Assembly: GCA_021773295.1 (NCBI GenBank)
Contig: JAJFKI010000097.1
Span: 2,508 to 66,507, forward strand
Source: Gammaproteobacteria bacterium
Lineage (GTDB): Bacteria > Pseudomonadota > Gammaproteobacteria > UBA1113
Length of the DNA stretch: 64,000 bases
Direction of reading: 5' to 3'
In this document: in pieces, positions 9,722-19,485 of the stretch
Layout of the letters: each line of letters opens with the position of its first letter
How positions within the stretch are numbered: the stretch's first letter is position 1
Program-made: the position numbers and the translations under genes
Notes under the pieces: generated by a model
What the model was told of the DNA's origin: nothing
Seen by the model: only the letters and a program-made list of their open reading frames with translations
Databases searched by the model: none

Positions 9722-12613
9722 GTGTCAGCAGAACAATATAATGATGATAATATCATCGAAGATGTCATTGATATTATCTTGAACTATGTACGTCAACCAG
9801 AATTCGCAGAAGAAAAGGCTCCTAAAGGCTTAATTTTACGAAAAGCCGCTGCGTACTATTTAGCGGTGATGAATGCTCTTTCCCCACTCGAGGATGAAGA
9901 GTTACGTGCAACCCGCAATGCAAGTGCTCATGCAAAGGCTCGAGGTTTTCTAAACAATCCTTTCGCCTTCCAACGCTACCTGCAGGAAGTGTTACGAACT
10001 GCATACTATCAAAAGTTTTTGAATGATAGTAACACCCATACTTTTATTAACACTGATATACCCATTGTGCAAAGACGTGTACAGCTTCTTGATACACTCA
10101 ACAGCTTGCTTGCATCTTGGAATTATCCTTCTGTATTAAAACATCATGAAAAATGCCTAGCCTTGCTTTATGATATTTGTCACATTGGTGAGTTGCAAGC
10201 TGAGCATATTAATGGAAAAAGACAGTGGATATTAGAACAAATTGTCGATAAAAACTCACAGCTTTATCATTATCTAAAGCAATTCCAAGAGTTAAGAGAC
10301 GAGTTATTACACCCAAAAACAACGACTACTGTCTTCTATATCATGTCAAGTTTGAAAAAGACGCTCACTGATGAGAGGACAATATCACTTTTTTCAGGGT
10401 TGAAAGAGAATATTAATTCTCTGAAAATTTTCCTAGAAGAAATTGAAAATAGCAACATACTCCAAAGTAACTCCTTTAAGATTTTAGATGAACTTCCAAA
10501 AGGAAAAAGTCACAAAAAAACTAAAGTAAGAAGAAGTAAAGGCAAAGGAAAAAGACCTCGTGCTGGTGGAAGAAGAAGTCCTTCTCCTTTAAGCCTCGAG
10601 CACATGCTAAAAAAAATTAGATCGGATATTAATTCAGGTAAGTCTCCTTCTGAAATAAAACATTGCCTTGTTGAAAATAATTTTTTCGAGGAGTTTAAGC
10701 CGAAAATTTTCATAGCTTTAATTCAAGCCTTTGAAGTATATCAATTGAAACAAAATCATCCATTAAATAATCTTAAACAGTTAATGTTCGAGCTTATTGG
10801 GAAAACAAAAAGAAAATCACCTTGGTTAACAGAAGAAATCATCGACGCGTTTATTGAATCTGGACAACCAGAGATGATTGACTGGTTTCATAAAAAAGGC
10901 ATTTATGACTATTACATTGATACCCCTAATCATAAAGTTTCATTACTTCACAAAGCTATCCTGGATGGAAAAAATGAAACGCTGATAAAATGTCTTCTCA
11001 GTAATCAAAAGGTCAATGTCAACTTACCCTGTATTAATGAAACAGAAGTTACCTGCCCACTTCTCCTGCTATGTTCACTCATGAGAGTAAAATATGAAAG
11101 CTTTGATAAAGATGGGATTTCTAATACCAGAATATTAATGTTTACTGCCAGCAGCGACGTACTTCAAGTAGCGTTGAAAAGACATGATCTTAATCTCAGT
11201 GTATGCAACGAAGAAGGAAATGGCGCTCTTCATGTATTAATTAACAGTCACCCCTACAAACTCATTTCAGAAATTGAACGGTCAGCTGTCCAAACATTAG
11301 AATCTAGTCCAGATTGTGAAAGAATAATACGAAAACGGCAACTTGAAAAATTAAAGTTACTGCTCGACCATTCTAAGGTGAAAATCAGTATTATTAGTAG
11401 AAATCATAACTGTAAGACCCCACTCTATATGGCGTTTCTTGAGAATGATGTTGAAGCTATGTTTTTAATCTTAACTTGTGCATTCTCTAGAGGTGAAAAA
11501 GCCTATATCGATGTAATGGAAAAAAAAGAACTTGGGCACTATCCCCATCTACGTGACACATTTCTCGAAGGTTTACAGGTACATGCTAATGAAAATCGTC
11601 ATGAACTGAGACAAATCGGAGGGAAGATACCTGCTAGGCTGGGTTGTAAGAACGCTATTAACCAATCTGAACGTAGTCTGATTATCAACAACGCAGCGAC
11701 ATTTCGTGCCGTTTCACTAAACATTTTAGATGAGAGAGAAATTACTTCTCAATCTCTTTCAGAGTTAAACGTGCAAGCTGATCCTTCCAGATTACAGCTA
11801 CTCGCTGAATGCCTAAACGTTGTAAATAAAAAGCAACACTTTACACAACATGTCATCTCCGCGATAGATCTTTATGGCTATACTGACAATAGCTATCCCA
11901 AAAGCCAACAATATTGCGTCGATTTCCTACGACATGCTATCAATGAATTATTCATAATAAAAAGCCGTGCTGAGGTAAACAATGCCTTAGAAGTATTATC
12001 AAAGGTTTCTGAAAATCAAAAAAGCCAATTTGAAACAGTTATTTTGAGGCAGAAAAAGCGTTCGATACTTGGGCTCTTAACGAAACACGTTCTAATGAAT
12101 AACGCTGAACTGAAAAAAAATCAAGAAAAGATCAGCAACGCTGAAAGCTTTGACAATCTACTCGAAAAAATTAGTCAACTCGCCATAAAAGCCAATGATC
12201 AATTTCCTAGCATAAACCGAGAATCTTCGAATCGGTTGCTCCCTGCCTTCAAGATGATGCCAGTACTCTCGGAAATCATGGACTGGAAAAAAGTACCTTC
12301 ACGCAGTTCACGCTCTTCTGAAGAAGAGAGGTTCGAAATACAACGAAAAAGACTGTTAGTTTGGCTTTTAAACTATAGCACCGTGTACTCGCTCAGAGAG
12401 TATATGGAGGCAGAAGAGTGCTTAGAGGAAGATGAAATAATTGCTAGCTCGAGCCAAGTCACAGGCTTACACTACTTTGCACGCATGGACGGCAATCCTA
12501 GTACACAAGCATCAAGCTCACATCACCATAGAGAACAACAAGCAGCATCATCCTCACAAAACAACAGCAAAAATGAAAAAAAAGAAGATATTGGTTTCTT
12601 CTTCCGCTTCTGA
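9722..12613 (+). CDS. Ankyrin-repeat protein with N-terminal tandem HEPN-like (2x RxxxxH) module; putative secreted effector
   Basis: RNASAH (aa 65-70) and RDELLH (aa 192-197); basic patch KKTKVRRSKGKGKRPR; degenerate ankyrin repeats (SLLHKAI, EGNGALH, KTPLYMA); C-terminus EKKEDIGFFFRF. Confidence 0.75.
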   Translation: MSAEQYNDDNIIEDVIDIILNYVRQPEFAEEKAPKGLILRKAAAYYLAVMNALSPLEDEELRATRNASAHAKARGFLNNPFAFQRYLQEVLRTAYYQKFLNDSNTHTFINTDIPIVQRRVQLLDTLNSLLASWNYPSVLKHHEKCLALLYDICHIGELQAEHINGKRQWILEQIVDKNSQLYHYLKQFQELRDELLHPKTTTTVFYIMSSLKKTLTDERTISLFSGLKENINSLKIFLEEIENSNILQSNSFKILDELPKGKSHKKTKVRRSKGKGKRPRAGGRRSPSPLSLEHMLKKIRSDINSGKSPSEIKHCLVENNFFEEFKPKIFIALIQAFEVYQLKQNHPLNNLKQLMFELIGKTKRKSPWLTEEIIDAFIESGQPEMIDWFHKKGIYDYYIDTPNHKVSLLHKAILDGKNETLIKCLLSNQKVNVNLPCINETEVTCPLLLLCSLMRVKYESFDKDGISNTRILMFTASSDVLQVALKRHDLNLSVCNEEGNGALHVLINSHPYKLISEIERSAVQTLESSPDCERIIRKRQLEKLKLLLDHSKVKISIISRNHNCKTPLYMAFLENDVEAMFLILTCAFSRGEKAYIDVMEKKELGHYPHLRDTFLEGLQVHANENRHELRQIGGKIPARLGCKNAINQSERSLIINNAATFRAVSLNILDEREITSQSLSELNVQADPSRLQLLAECLNVVNKKQHFTQHVISAIDLYGYTDNSYPKSQQYCVDFLRHAINELFIIKSRAEVNNALEVLSKVSENQKSQFETVILRQKKRSILGLLTKHVLMNNAELKKNQEKISNAESFDNLLEKISQLAIKANDQFPSINRESSNRLLPAFKMMPVLSEIMDWKKVPSRSSRSSEEERFEIQRKRLLVWLLNYSTVYSLREYMEAEECLEEDEIIASSSQVTGLHYFARMDGNPSTQASSSHHHREQQAASSSQNNSKNEKKEDIGFFFRF

Positions 12614-12683
12614 GCAATCGTTTCTCTCAATTAGCAAAGGCACTAACGAAAAGTAAGCCTTGGTAGGGAAGATAAAAAAAATC

Positions 12684-13187
12684 TTAGTGCGCTACTGCTT
12701 CAACGTCATCTGTCAGTGGTGGTATAGATTTGCTTCTGTCGATGTGAAGTTGCAATTGGTTCTTCTTATTTTGCACGTGGTTGCCAAGATTGACTAATTT
12801 ATTATTTTGATGAGTAATGTCTTGTAGTTGTGATGTGATTTTTCGAAGGAGTGTGGTCGTATCTTCGGCCACTTGTTGAAAATCGTAACTAATTTCATCT
12901 GAGCCCTGTTCTTGTGCTTTTGCGGCATCGTGTAATTTATGCAAATGCTGGCCGGCTTTTTCTTTCCATTCTTGCAGGGAATTTGTGGTAACTTGCACAG
13001 ATCCGCGCAAAGCATGTAATTCTGAAATAAATTTGGCTAAAACGTCTCGGCTAGTAATCGCTAGCAATTCCTGTTCTTTTTCTTCGATAGCCGCGAAGAA
13101 ATTCGTTAATTTTTTATTGCCAAAATCGACGATAGCAGTCAAAGACTCTATGTCAGCAATAATATCCTTTATGTCACTTCCCTTCAT
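12684..13187 (-). CDS. Hypothetical coiled-coil protein
   Basis: 167-aa helical, heptad-rich ORF with GGAG RBS upstream; no family recognised. Confidence 0.65.
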   Translation of the reverse strand: MKGSDIKDIIADIESLTAIVDFGNKKLTNFFAAIEEKEQELLAITSRDVLAKFISELHALRGSVQVTTNSLQEWKEKAGQHLHKLHDAAKAQEQGSDEISYDFQQVAEDTTTLLRKITSQLQDITHQNNKLVNLGNHVQNKKNQLQLHIDRSKSIPPLTDDVEAVAH

Positions 13188-13247
13188 ACGCTAGCTCCAT
13201 TTAGTCACGATTGGATAGTATACAGATTTAAATAAAAAAGTAAAAAG

Positions 13248-14018
13248 CTATATTAGCTTATAATCAATGCATACCGGTGCATGATCGGAAAAACGCTCAT
13301 CTTTATAAATACTTACCTCTCTCACTGCCTCGACTAATTGGGATGAAATAACTTGATAATCAAGACGCCAGCCCACATTCTTTGCCCAAGCTTGCCCCCG
13401 GTTTGACCACCATGTGTATTGCTCAGCCTCTTGATTAATTAAGCGAAATGCGTCTACAAACCCCATTTCATCAAACAATTGATCCAACCACGCGCGCTCT
13501 TGGGGCAAAAAGCCCGAGTTTTTTCGATTAGCACGCCAATTTTTTAAATCAATTTCTTTGTGAGCAATATTCCAATCGCCACAAATAATATAAGGCTTAC
13601 GCTTTTTGCGGCATTTATTTAAATGCGCTTGGTAACGCTGCATAAAATCATATTTATTGATTTGTCGTTCTTCGCTGCTAGACCCAGAGGGTAAATACAA
13701 AGAAGCTACCCGCACATTATCAAATTCCGCTTCAATATAACGCCCTTCTAAATCAGCATGATCCCAACCTAAACCCTGGGTAATCTTTTTAGGTTTTACT
13801 CGCGAAAATAATGCGACACCACTGTAGCCCTTTCTCTGGGCAGGATAATAATAGCAATGATAGTCTTCTGGAAAATAAATGGGATCAGTTAATTGCTCCA
13901 CCTGCGCTTTAATTTCTTGCAAACACACGACATCTGCATTTTGCTTTCCCAGCCAGGCAAAAAAACCTTTACGATTTGCAGCTCGTATTCCATTCACATT
14001 TAGCGTTATAATACGCAT
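13248..14018 (-). CDS. xth: Exodeoxyribonuclease III (Xth/ExoA family AP endonuclease)
   Basis: NVNGIRA, CLQEIKA, GYSGVA, GDWNIAH, YTWWSNRG, GWRLDY, SDHAP motifs. Confidence 0.93.
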   Translation of the reverse strand: MRIITLNVNGIRAANRKGFFAWLGKQNADVVCLQEIKAQVEQLTDPIYFPEDYHCYYYPAQRKGYSGVALFSRVKPKKITQGLGWDHADLEGRYIEAEFDNVRVASLYLPSGSSSEERQINKYDFMQRYQAHLNKCRKKRKPYIICGDWNIAHKEIDLKNWRANRKNSGFLPQERAWLDQLFDEMGFVDAFRLINQEAEQYTWWSNRGQAWAKNVGWRLDYQVISSQLVEAVREVSIYKDERFSDHAPVCIDYKLI

Positions 14019-14046
14019 CGTTAATAACTCCTATTTGAGGTAAACC

Positions 14047-14718
14047 ATGTCTTTAACTGACAAAGAACAACAATTGCGCTTTGGCTTTATCGAATTCGCT
14101 ATGAGTACTAATGCCCTACAATTCGGTAACTTTACCTTAAAATCTGGCCGCCAAAGTCCTTACTTTTTTAACGCCGGCCAATTCAATCATGGCACAGCCC
14201 TAGCTAAGCTCGGGGAGTATTATGCAAAAACATTAGAACAGCATCAAATCAAATTTGATATTTTATTTGGCCCTGCATACAAAGGTATCCCCTTGGTCTC
14301 AGCGACGACCATTGCTTATCACCACTTATTCCAAAAAACCATACCCTATTGCTTCAATCGTAAAGAAGCAAAAAAACATGGCGAAGGTGGACAACTTGTC
14401 GGCCAAGCATTAAAAGGTGATGTGGTTATCATTGATGACGTCATCACTGCAGGTACTGCTTTTCGCGAAGCCATGGAGCTGATGCAGCATACCCCGGCGA
14501 AAGTCAGTGGTGTCATCATTGCCTTAGATCGCCAAGAACGCGGCACCGGTAGTTACTCTGCTATCGATGAAATCAAACTACACTATAAAATCCCCGTGGT
14601 GAGTATCATCACCCTAGCAGATTTAATTCGTTACTTGGAAACAAAAACCGACATGCAAGAGTGTGTTGCTTCGATGAAGCAGCATCAGCAGAAAGTGGCG
14701 CCTTTAGAAAGGATTTAA
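14047..14718 (+). CDS. pyrE: Orotate phosphoribosyltransferase
   Basis: FTLKSGRQSPYFFN, FGPAYKGIP, NRKEAKKHGEGG, VIIDDVITAGT. Confidence 0.98.
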   Translation: MSLTDKEQQLRFGFIEFAMSTNALQFGNFTLKSGRQSPYFFNAGQFNHGTALAKLGEYYAKTLEQHQIKFDILFGPAYKGIPLVSATTIAYHHLFQKTIPYCFNRKEAKKHGEGGQLVGQALKGDVVIIDDVITAGTAFREAMELMQHTPAKVSGVIIALDRQERGTGSYSAIDEIKLHYKIPVVSIITLADLIRYLETKTDMQECVASMKQHQQKVAPLERI

Positions 14719-16088
14719 GCTTCTACTTCTTTTAATGTACGCAATACAACATGCTGAATCGCTTCCAATGCTTCCTTTGTCTGGGCTTCAAAGCGTAAAG
14801 TTAGATTGGGAGAGGTGTTTGATGCACGAACTAAAGCCCAACCTTTTTCAAAAGTCACTCGCACACCGTCGATTTGATTCACATCTAGAGAGTCGGGAAA
14901 GGATGCTTGTTGTAAGCGTGTGATGATATCAAACTTTTCGTCTTCACTGACTGGGTATAAAATTTCTGGGGTGGAAATTGAGTCCGGTAACGCTGCAAAA
15001 ATTTCAGATACTGATTTCGATTGTTTAGCAATGACTTCTAAAAGTCTAACGGCGGTGTAAACACCATCATCAAAGCCAAACCAACGATCATTAAAAAATA
15101 CGTGGCCACTTAACTCTGCCCCTACTGGCGCTTGCTCATCATGAATTTTTCGTTTCATAATGGAGTGACCTGTACGCCACATGATGGGCTTACCACCACT
15201 ATCTTCAATCACCTTCTTCAAATTTTGGGTGGATTTTACATCATAGACAATCGTGCCACCTGGATATTTTTGTAAAATATCTTGTGCTAATAGCATTAGC
15301 AAGCGATCAGGCCATATGATGTTACCATCATTACATACCACGCCTACTCTATCGGCATCACCGTCAAACATAATGCCAATATCCGCCTGATGCTGAGTGA
15401 CAGCTGCTTGTAATTGTTGATATTCTTCCGGCACACTGGTATCAGGCTTATGACTTGGAAAATTTCCATCTACTGTTTCATTTATAAAAATATACTGGCC
15501 ATTCATGGCTGAGAATAATTCTGGCGCAATAACACCACTAACACCATTACTGCAATCAATGATAATTTTTAATGAACGTTCAAAGCTAACACTTGAAGTA
15601 ATGTGTTCAATATAACCTGGAATAATTTCCCGTTGACTTAGTACACCTTGCCCCTTTTCAAACTCGCCTGCTTGCGTTAAGTGGTAAAGATCTTTAATGG
15701 TTTTGGCCGTTGGCGAGACATTATCAAAAATCATTTTAAAACCATTGTGTGCTTTTGGATTATGGCTAGCCGAGATCATCACCCCCGATGTCACATCACC
15801 GGTGGCACCGGCGAAATATAATAATGGTGTGGTAATAATACCGAGGTCGACAACATCTACGCCTGAGTCTAGTAAGCCCCTAGAAAAAGCAGCAAAGATC
15901 CGCGGACTGGACAAGCGACCATCACGTCCTAGAATACACTTGTTTTGCTGTCGTTGTTTTAGTTGGTTCGCATAGGCGTGAGCAATGGTGTAGACGACAT
16001 CATCCGTTAGTAAAGCGCTGTCGCTGCGAATATCATAGGCACGGAAAATAGCTTCTGGGATGTCCGTGGTTAATTGGTAGGATGTCAT
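14715..16088 (-). CDS. Phosphomannomutase/phosphoglucomutase (AlgC-like)
   Basis: IFRAYDIR, SASHNP phosphoserine loop, FDGDADR metal site, RASNT. Start moved to ATG 16088 to avoid overlap with dut. Confidence 0.93.
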   Translation of the reverse strand: MTSYQLTTDIPEAIFRAYDIRSDSALLTDDVVYTIAHAYANQLKQRQQNKCILGRDGRLSSPRIFAAFSRGLLDSGVDVVDLGIITTPLLYFAGATGDVTSGVMISASHNPKAHNGFKMIFDNVSPTAKTIKDLYHLTQAGEFEKGQGVLSQREIIPGYIEHITSSVSFERSLKIIIDCSNGVSGVIAPELFSAMNGQYIFINETVDGNFPSHKPDTSVPEEYQQLQAAVTQHQADIGIMFDGDADRVGVVCNDGNIIWPDRLLMLLAQDILQKYPGGTIVYDVKSTQNLKKVIEDSGGKPIMWRTGHSIMKRKIHDEQAPVGAELSGHVFFNDRWFGFDDGVYTAVRLLEVIAKQSKSVSEIFAALPDSISTPEILYPVSEDEKFDIITRLQQASFPDSLDVNQIDGVRVTFEKGWALVRASNTSPNLTLRFEAQTKEALEAIQHVVLRTLKEVEA

Positions 16089-16104
16089 AGGTTGTCCTTT
16101 TTTA

Positions 16105-16563
16105 TCAACTTTTTCCAGTAGAGCCGAAGCCACCTTCCCCGCGTTGGGAAGTATTGAACTCATCCACCACACAAAATTCCACTTGTAAAACGGGGACAAA
16201 AACTAATTGAGCGATGCGCTCACCGGGGTTAATCGTGAAGTGATCATTACCGCGATTCCAAGTGGAAATCATCAAGGGGCCTTGATAATCAGAATCGATT
16301 AAGCCCACTAAGTTTCCCAAGACGATGCCATGCTTATGACCCATGCCAGAGCGCGGTAGAATCGTCGCCGCCATGTTGGGGTCGCCCATATGGATGGCAA
16401 TGCCTGTGGGGATTAGTTGAGTCTCACCCGGCGCTAATTGCAAGGGCTCACCCAAACAAGCCCGCAAGTCTAAACCGGCAGAACCTGGCGTAGCATAGCG
16501 GGGTAATGGGAATTCATCACCAATACGTTTATCTAAAATTTTAATTTCGACTGTGTTGTTCAT
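16105..16563 (-). CDS. dut: dUTP diphosphatase
   Basis: [32 protein letters not shown]. Confidence 0.98.
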   Translation of the reverse strand: MNNTVEIKILDKRIGDEFPLPRYATPGSAGLDLRACLGEPLQLAPGETQLIPTGIAIHMGDPNMAATILPRSGMGHKHGIVLGNLVGLIDSDYQGPLMISTWNRGNDHFTINPGERIAQLVFVPVLQVEFCVVDEFNTSQRGEGGFGSTGKS

Positions 16564-17740
16564 AATTCCTCGCTATTATTTCTATTAATTGACAGGCTAA
16601 CTGATATTTACTAACGACAGCTAAGTCTTTTTGCCCTTCGGGCCAAATAACTGTTAAGGTATTATCATCCGCTGCCATGCCTTTGTCTTTTTCAACGATA
16701 TTTGCTGCAATCATGTTTAAGTTTTTTTGTTTTAATTTAGCCTTAGCGTGTTCCATCAGCTTTTCTGTTTCTGCAGCAAAACCTACGGTGAAAATACACT
16801 GCTTGGCAACGTCAGCAATAATGTCTGGGTTGCGCACTAATGTTAAAGTAAAATCATCATCGACTTTTTTAATTTTTTGCGCAGCTATGTTTTCTGGACG
16901 ATAATCGGCAACCGCAGCAGCGCCGATAAAAATCTGATGTTGTTCGACCTGCTGCATCACAGATTGATGCATTTGCTCAGCGCTTGTTACTGCAATGAAT
17001 TGATTCACTCGTGGTGGTGGTAACTGTGTTGGGCCTGAAACTAACGTCACAATAGCCCCGGCTTCGGTTGCAGCTTGCGCTAAAGCATAACCCATTTTGC
17101 CACTGCTACGATTGGTTAAATAACGAATGGGATCGATGGCTTCAATGGTTGGGCCCGCGGTGATTAATACATGAGTGCCAGCTAAAGCTCCCGTGTTAAA
17201 AAAATCATTGGCGTGTTGCACTAACTCCAGGGGTTCTAACATGCGCCCCGGCCCTACTTCGCCACAGGCTTGAGAGCCACTGGCAGGACCAAGTAACGTA
17301 ACATGGCGTTGTTGTAATAAGGCAATATTGCCTTGCGTCGCGGTGTTGCTCCACATTTGCTGATTCATGGCGGGGGCTATGGCTAATTTCGCCGTGGTGG
17401 CAAGGCACAGTGTCGTTAATAAATCATCGGCTTCGCCATGGCAAAGGCGGGCAATGAAGTTGGCGCTAGCGGGTGCCACAAAGACTAAATCGGCCCAACG
17501 AGCTAATTCGATGTGACCCATGCCTGCTTCGGCTTTGGGATCCAATAAGTCTTCATGTACGGGATGGCCTGAGACGGCTTGGAAAGTGAGTGGCGTCACA
17601 AAGGCTTTTGCCCCTTGGGTCATCACGACTCTCACTTTGGCGCCATGCTCCATGAGTCGTCTCACCAAATCAGCACTCTTGTAGGCAGCAATGCCACCAG
17701 TAACACCAAGAATAATATGTTTACCTGCCAGATTCTTCAT
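16541..17740 (-). CDS. coaBC: Phosphopantothenoylcysteine decarboxylase/synthase CoaBC
   Basis: [41 protein letters not shown]. Confidence 0.97.
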   Translation of the reverse strand: MKNLAGKHIILGVTGGIAAYKSADLVRRLMEHGAKVRVVMTQGAKAFVTPLTFQAVSGHPVHEDLLDPKAEAGMGHIELARWADLVFVAPASANFIARLCHGEADDLLTTLCLATTAKLAIAPAMNQQMWSNTATQGNIALLQQRHVTLLGPASGSQACGEVGPGRMLEPLELVQHANDFFNTGALAGTHVLITAGPTIEAIDPIRYLTNRSSGKMGYALAQAATEAGAIVTLVSGPTQLPPPRVNQFIAVTSAEQMHQSVMQQVEQHQIFIGAAAVADYRPENIAAQKIKKVDDDFTLTLVRNPDIIADVAKQCIFTVGFAAETEKLMEHAKAKLKQKNLNMIAANIVEKDKGMAADDNTLTVIWPEGQKDLAVVSKYQLACQLIEIIARNYEQHSRN

Positions 17741-17802
17741 TGCATTTTAAATCTATATGTTAGAAAATATTCTAATGGAATAGCTAGAGATAATATCACA
17801 AA

Positions 17803-18480
17803 ATGAGTTTGAAGGATTGGCCAGCCAGCGAGAGGCCGAGGGAACGCTTATTACAGCTCGGGGCACAGTACCTCTCGGATGCAGAGCTATTAGCTATCTT
17901 CATGGGTAGTGGGCATAAACCCTATACTGCGGTAGATTTATCCCGTATGGCGCTGCAACGAGCCGGCAATTTGCAGCAATTACTAGGGCTTGGCAAAGAG
18001 GCGCTACTCTCCCATGCTGGCTTTGGCACTGCCACGTATTGCCAGTTACAAGCCGCCCTCGAGCTCGGTAATCGTTACGTGGCTGCTAACGCAAAGTCTT
18101 ATCACTTACTCCATGACACTCAGCATACCCATGCGTTTTTGCGCCATCGCTTGCAACCCTACTCACGAGAAGTCTTTGCCTGCTTACTCATGGATTGCAA
18201 ATGCCGTTTATTGCATTATCAGGAACTATTTTATGGCACGGTGAACCAGTCGCAAATCCATGTAAGGGAAATTGTTAAATTGGTACTACATCACAACGCA
18301 GTAGGGCTTATCATCGCCCATAATCACCCCTTTGGAAACCATTGGCCAAGCGACAGTGATATCGAAGTCACAGAGCTGATAAAGCAAGCCTTAGCCTTGA
18401 TTGAAGTACCATTGTGGGATCACATAATCGTGGGACAAAGGGGAAATTATTCATTTCGGGAAATGGGGAAACTACTATAG
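17803..18480 (+). CDS. radC: RadC/YicR JAB-domain protein
   Basis: ERPRERLL, LSDAELLAI, HNHP...PS..D JAMM motif; divergent from coaBC as usual. Confidence 0.95.
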   Translation: MSLKDWPASERPRERLLQLGAQYLSDAELLAIFMGSGHKPYTAVDLSRMALQRAGNLQQLLGLGKEALLSHAGFGTATYCQLQAALELGNRYVAANAKSYHLLHDTQHTHAFLRHRLQPYSREVFACLLMDCKCRLLHYQELFYGTVNQSQIHVREIVKLVLHHNAVGLIIAHNHPFGNHWPSDSDIEVTELIKQALALIEVPLWDHIIVGQRGNYSFREMGKLL

Positions 18481-18498
18481 GACTATAAGATGTAGAAC

Positions 18499-18587
18499 TA
18501 TACCCGTCACACTTCAAGATGCGATTTTCTGCCGGGCGCTTTTTGTTCCCAGGAGCCGTTTGAAACTTGCCAATAGAATGGCGCTAA
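18499..18587 (+). repeat. Truncated (left-half) copy of the TATACCC-ended MITE family
   Basis: tatacccgtcacacttcaagatgcga...ctttttgttccc...tttgaaacttgccaataga is colinear with the left half of the element at 21999-22161. Confidence 0.65.
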
Positions 18588-19038
18588 ATGACCGAATTAA
18601 AAATGTTTTTTAACGAAGAGCTTGGCTCCCTATGAAAGTCTTCGCACTAAAAGGCCCGTAGCGCCCTTATAAATTATTATCAAGTTGGGCACCACCGGGC
18701 TAAAACAACCACTGTAATCATCAATTCGATGATTTTGTGTATTTATTTAGTAGCATTTAGCGTGCGAGGTGGAACCGGTAGTAACCTTTCCCGAGCCTTG
18801 CAGCATCATAAAGAAAAGTCCGTCTTGATGAGTATCGTGTATCCTGTCAGCCCGGGATACTAAAGTATGCGTTGGTGCAATGCAAGCTTTTATAATTTTT
18901 TTCTGCACTTAAGAAAGTGTTAAGGTTTAAGCTGAATGCACTTGAAGACAGAAACTTCTTGTTTTTTGGTATTATTTTGGTAAAATTCCGCTTCTCGCGT
19001 TAGTTTTGCGCGATTAGATAGTTTTTGGAGTAAAGAAA

Positions 19039-19275
19039 ATGGCCAGAGTTTGTCAGGTAACGGGGCGTGGACCCATGAGTGGAAACAATGTTTCCCACGC
19101 GAATAATAAAACACGTCGTCGTTTTAACATCAATTTACATAGCCGTAAGTTTTGGGTTCCGTCCATGAATCGGTTTATTAAATTAAAAGTCAGCAATAAA
19201 GGTTTGCGTTTGATTGATAAGCTTGGTATCGAACAAGTCTTACAAAAAATGCGTGAACGTGGTGAAAAAGTTTAA
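19039..19275 (+). CDS. rpmB: 50S ribosomal protein L28
   Basis: [29 protein letters not shown]. Confidence 0.98.
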   Translation: MARVCQVTGRGPMSGNNVSHANNKTRRRFNINLHSRKFWVPSMNRFIKLKVSNKGLRLIDKLGIEQVLQKMRERGEKV

Positions 19276-19292
19276 ATCAAAGGTAGAGACTC

Positions 19293-19448
19293 ATGCGAGA
19301 TAAAGTCAAATTAGTTTCCGAAGAAGGCACTGGTTATTATTACACAACCGACAAAAACAAAAAAAACACCCCGGGGAAAATGCGTATGAAAAAATACGAC
19401 CCTGTGTTGCGTAAGCATGTCTGGTTTAAAGAAGATAAAATTAAATAA
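19293..19448 (+). CDS. rpmG: 50S ribosomal protein L33 (51 aa, no Zn cysteines)
   Basis: Below the ORF-track cutoff. Manual translation: [51 protein letters not shown]. Confidence 0.97.
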   Translation: MRDKVKLVSEEGTGYYYTTDKNKKNTPGKMRMKKYDPVLRKHVWFKEDKIK

Positions 19449-19450
19449 TG

Positions 19451-19477
19451 AAAAAGGCTCCTAAAGGAGCCTTTTTT
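19451..19477 (+). terminator. Rho-independent terminator after rpmG
   Basis: aaaaaGGCTCCT-aa-AGGAGCCtttttt. Confidence 0.85.
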
Positions 19478-19485
19478 AATTCCCC

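Noticed and set aside
4854-12613. Cas13 interpretation of the dual-RxxxxH proteins
   Set aside because: No CRISPR array or cas1/cas2 in the window, the two motifs are only 127-141 aa apart, and the rest of each protein is ankyrin, TM or coiled coil.
13248-14018. Crc (catabolite repression control), given its position divergent from pyrE
   Set aside because: The AP-endonuclease catalytic motifs look intact (QE, YLP, GDWN, LDY, SDH), so exonuclease III is the simpler call.
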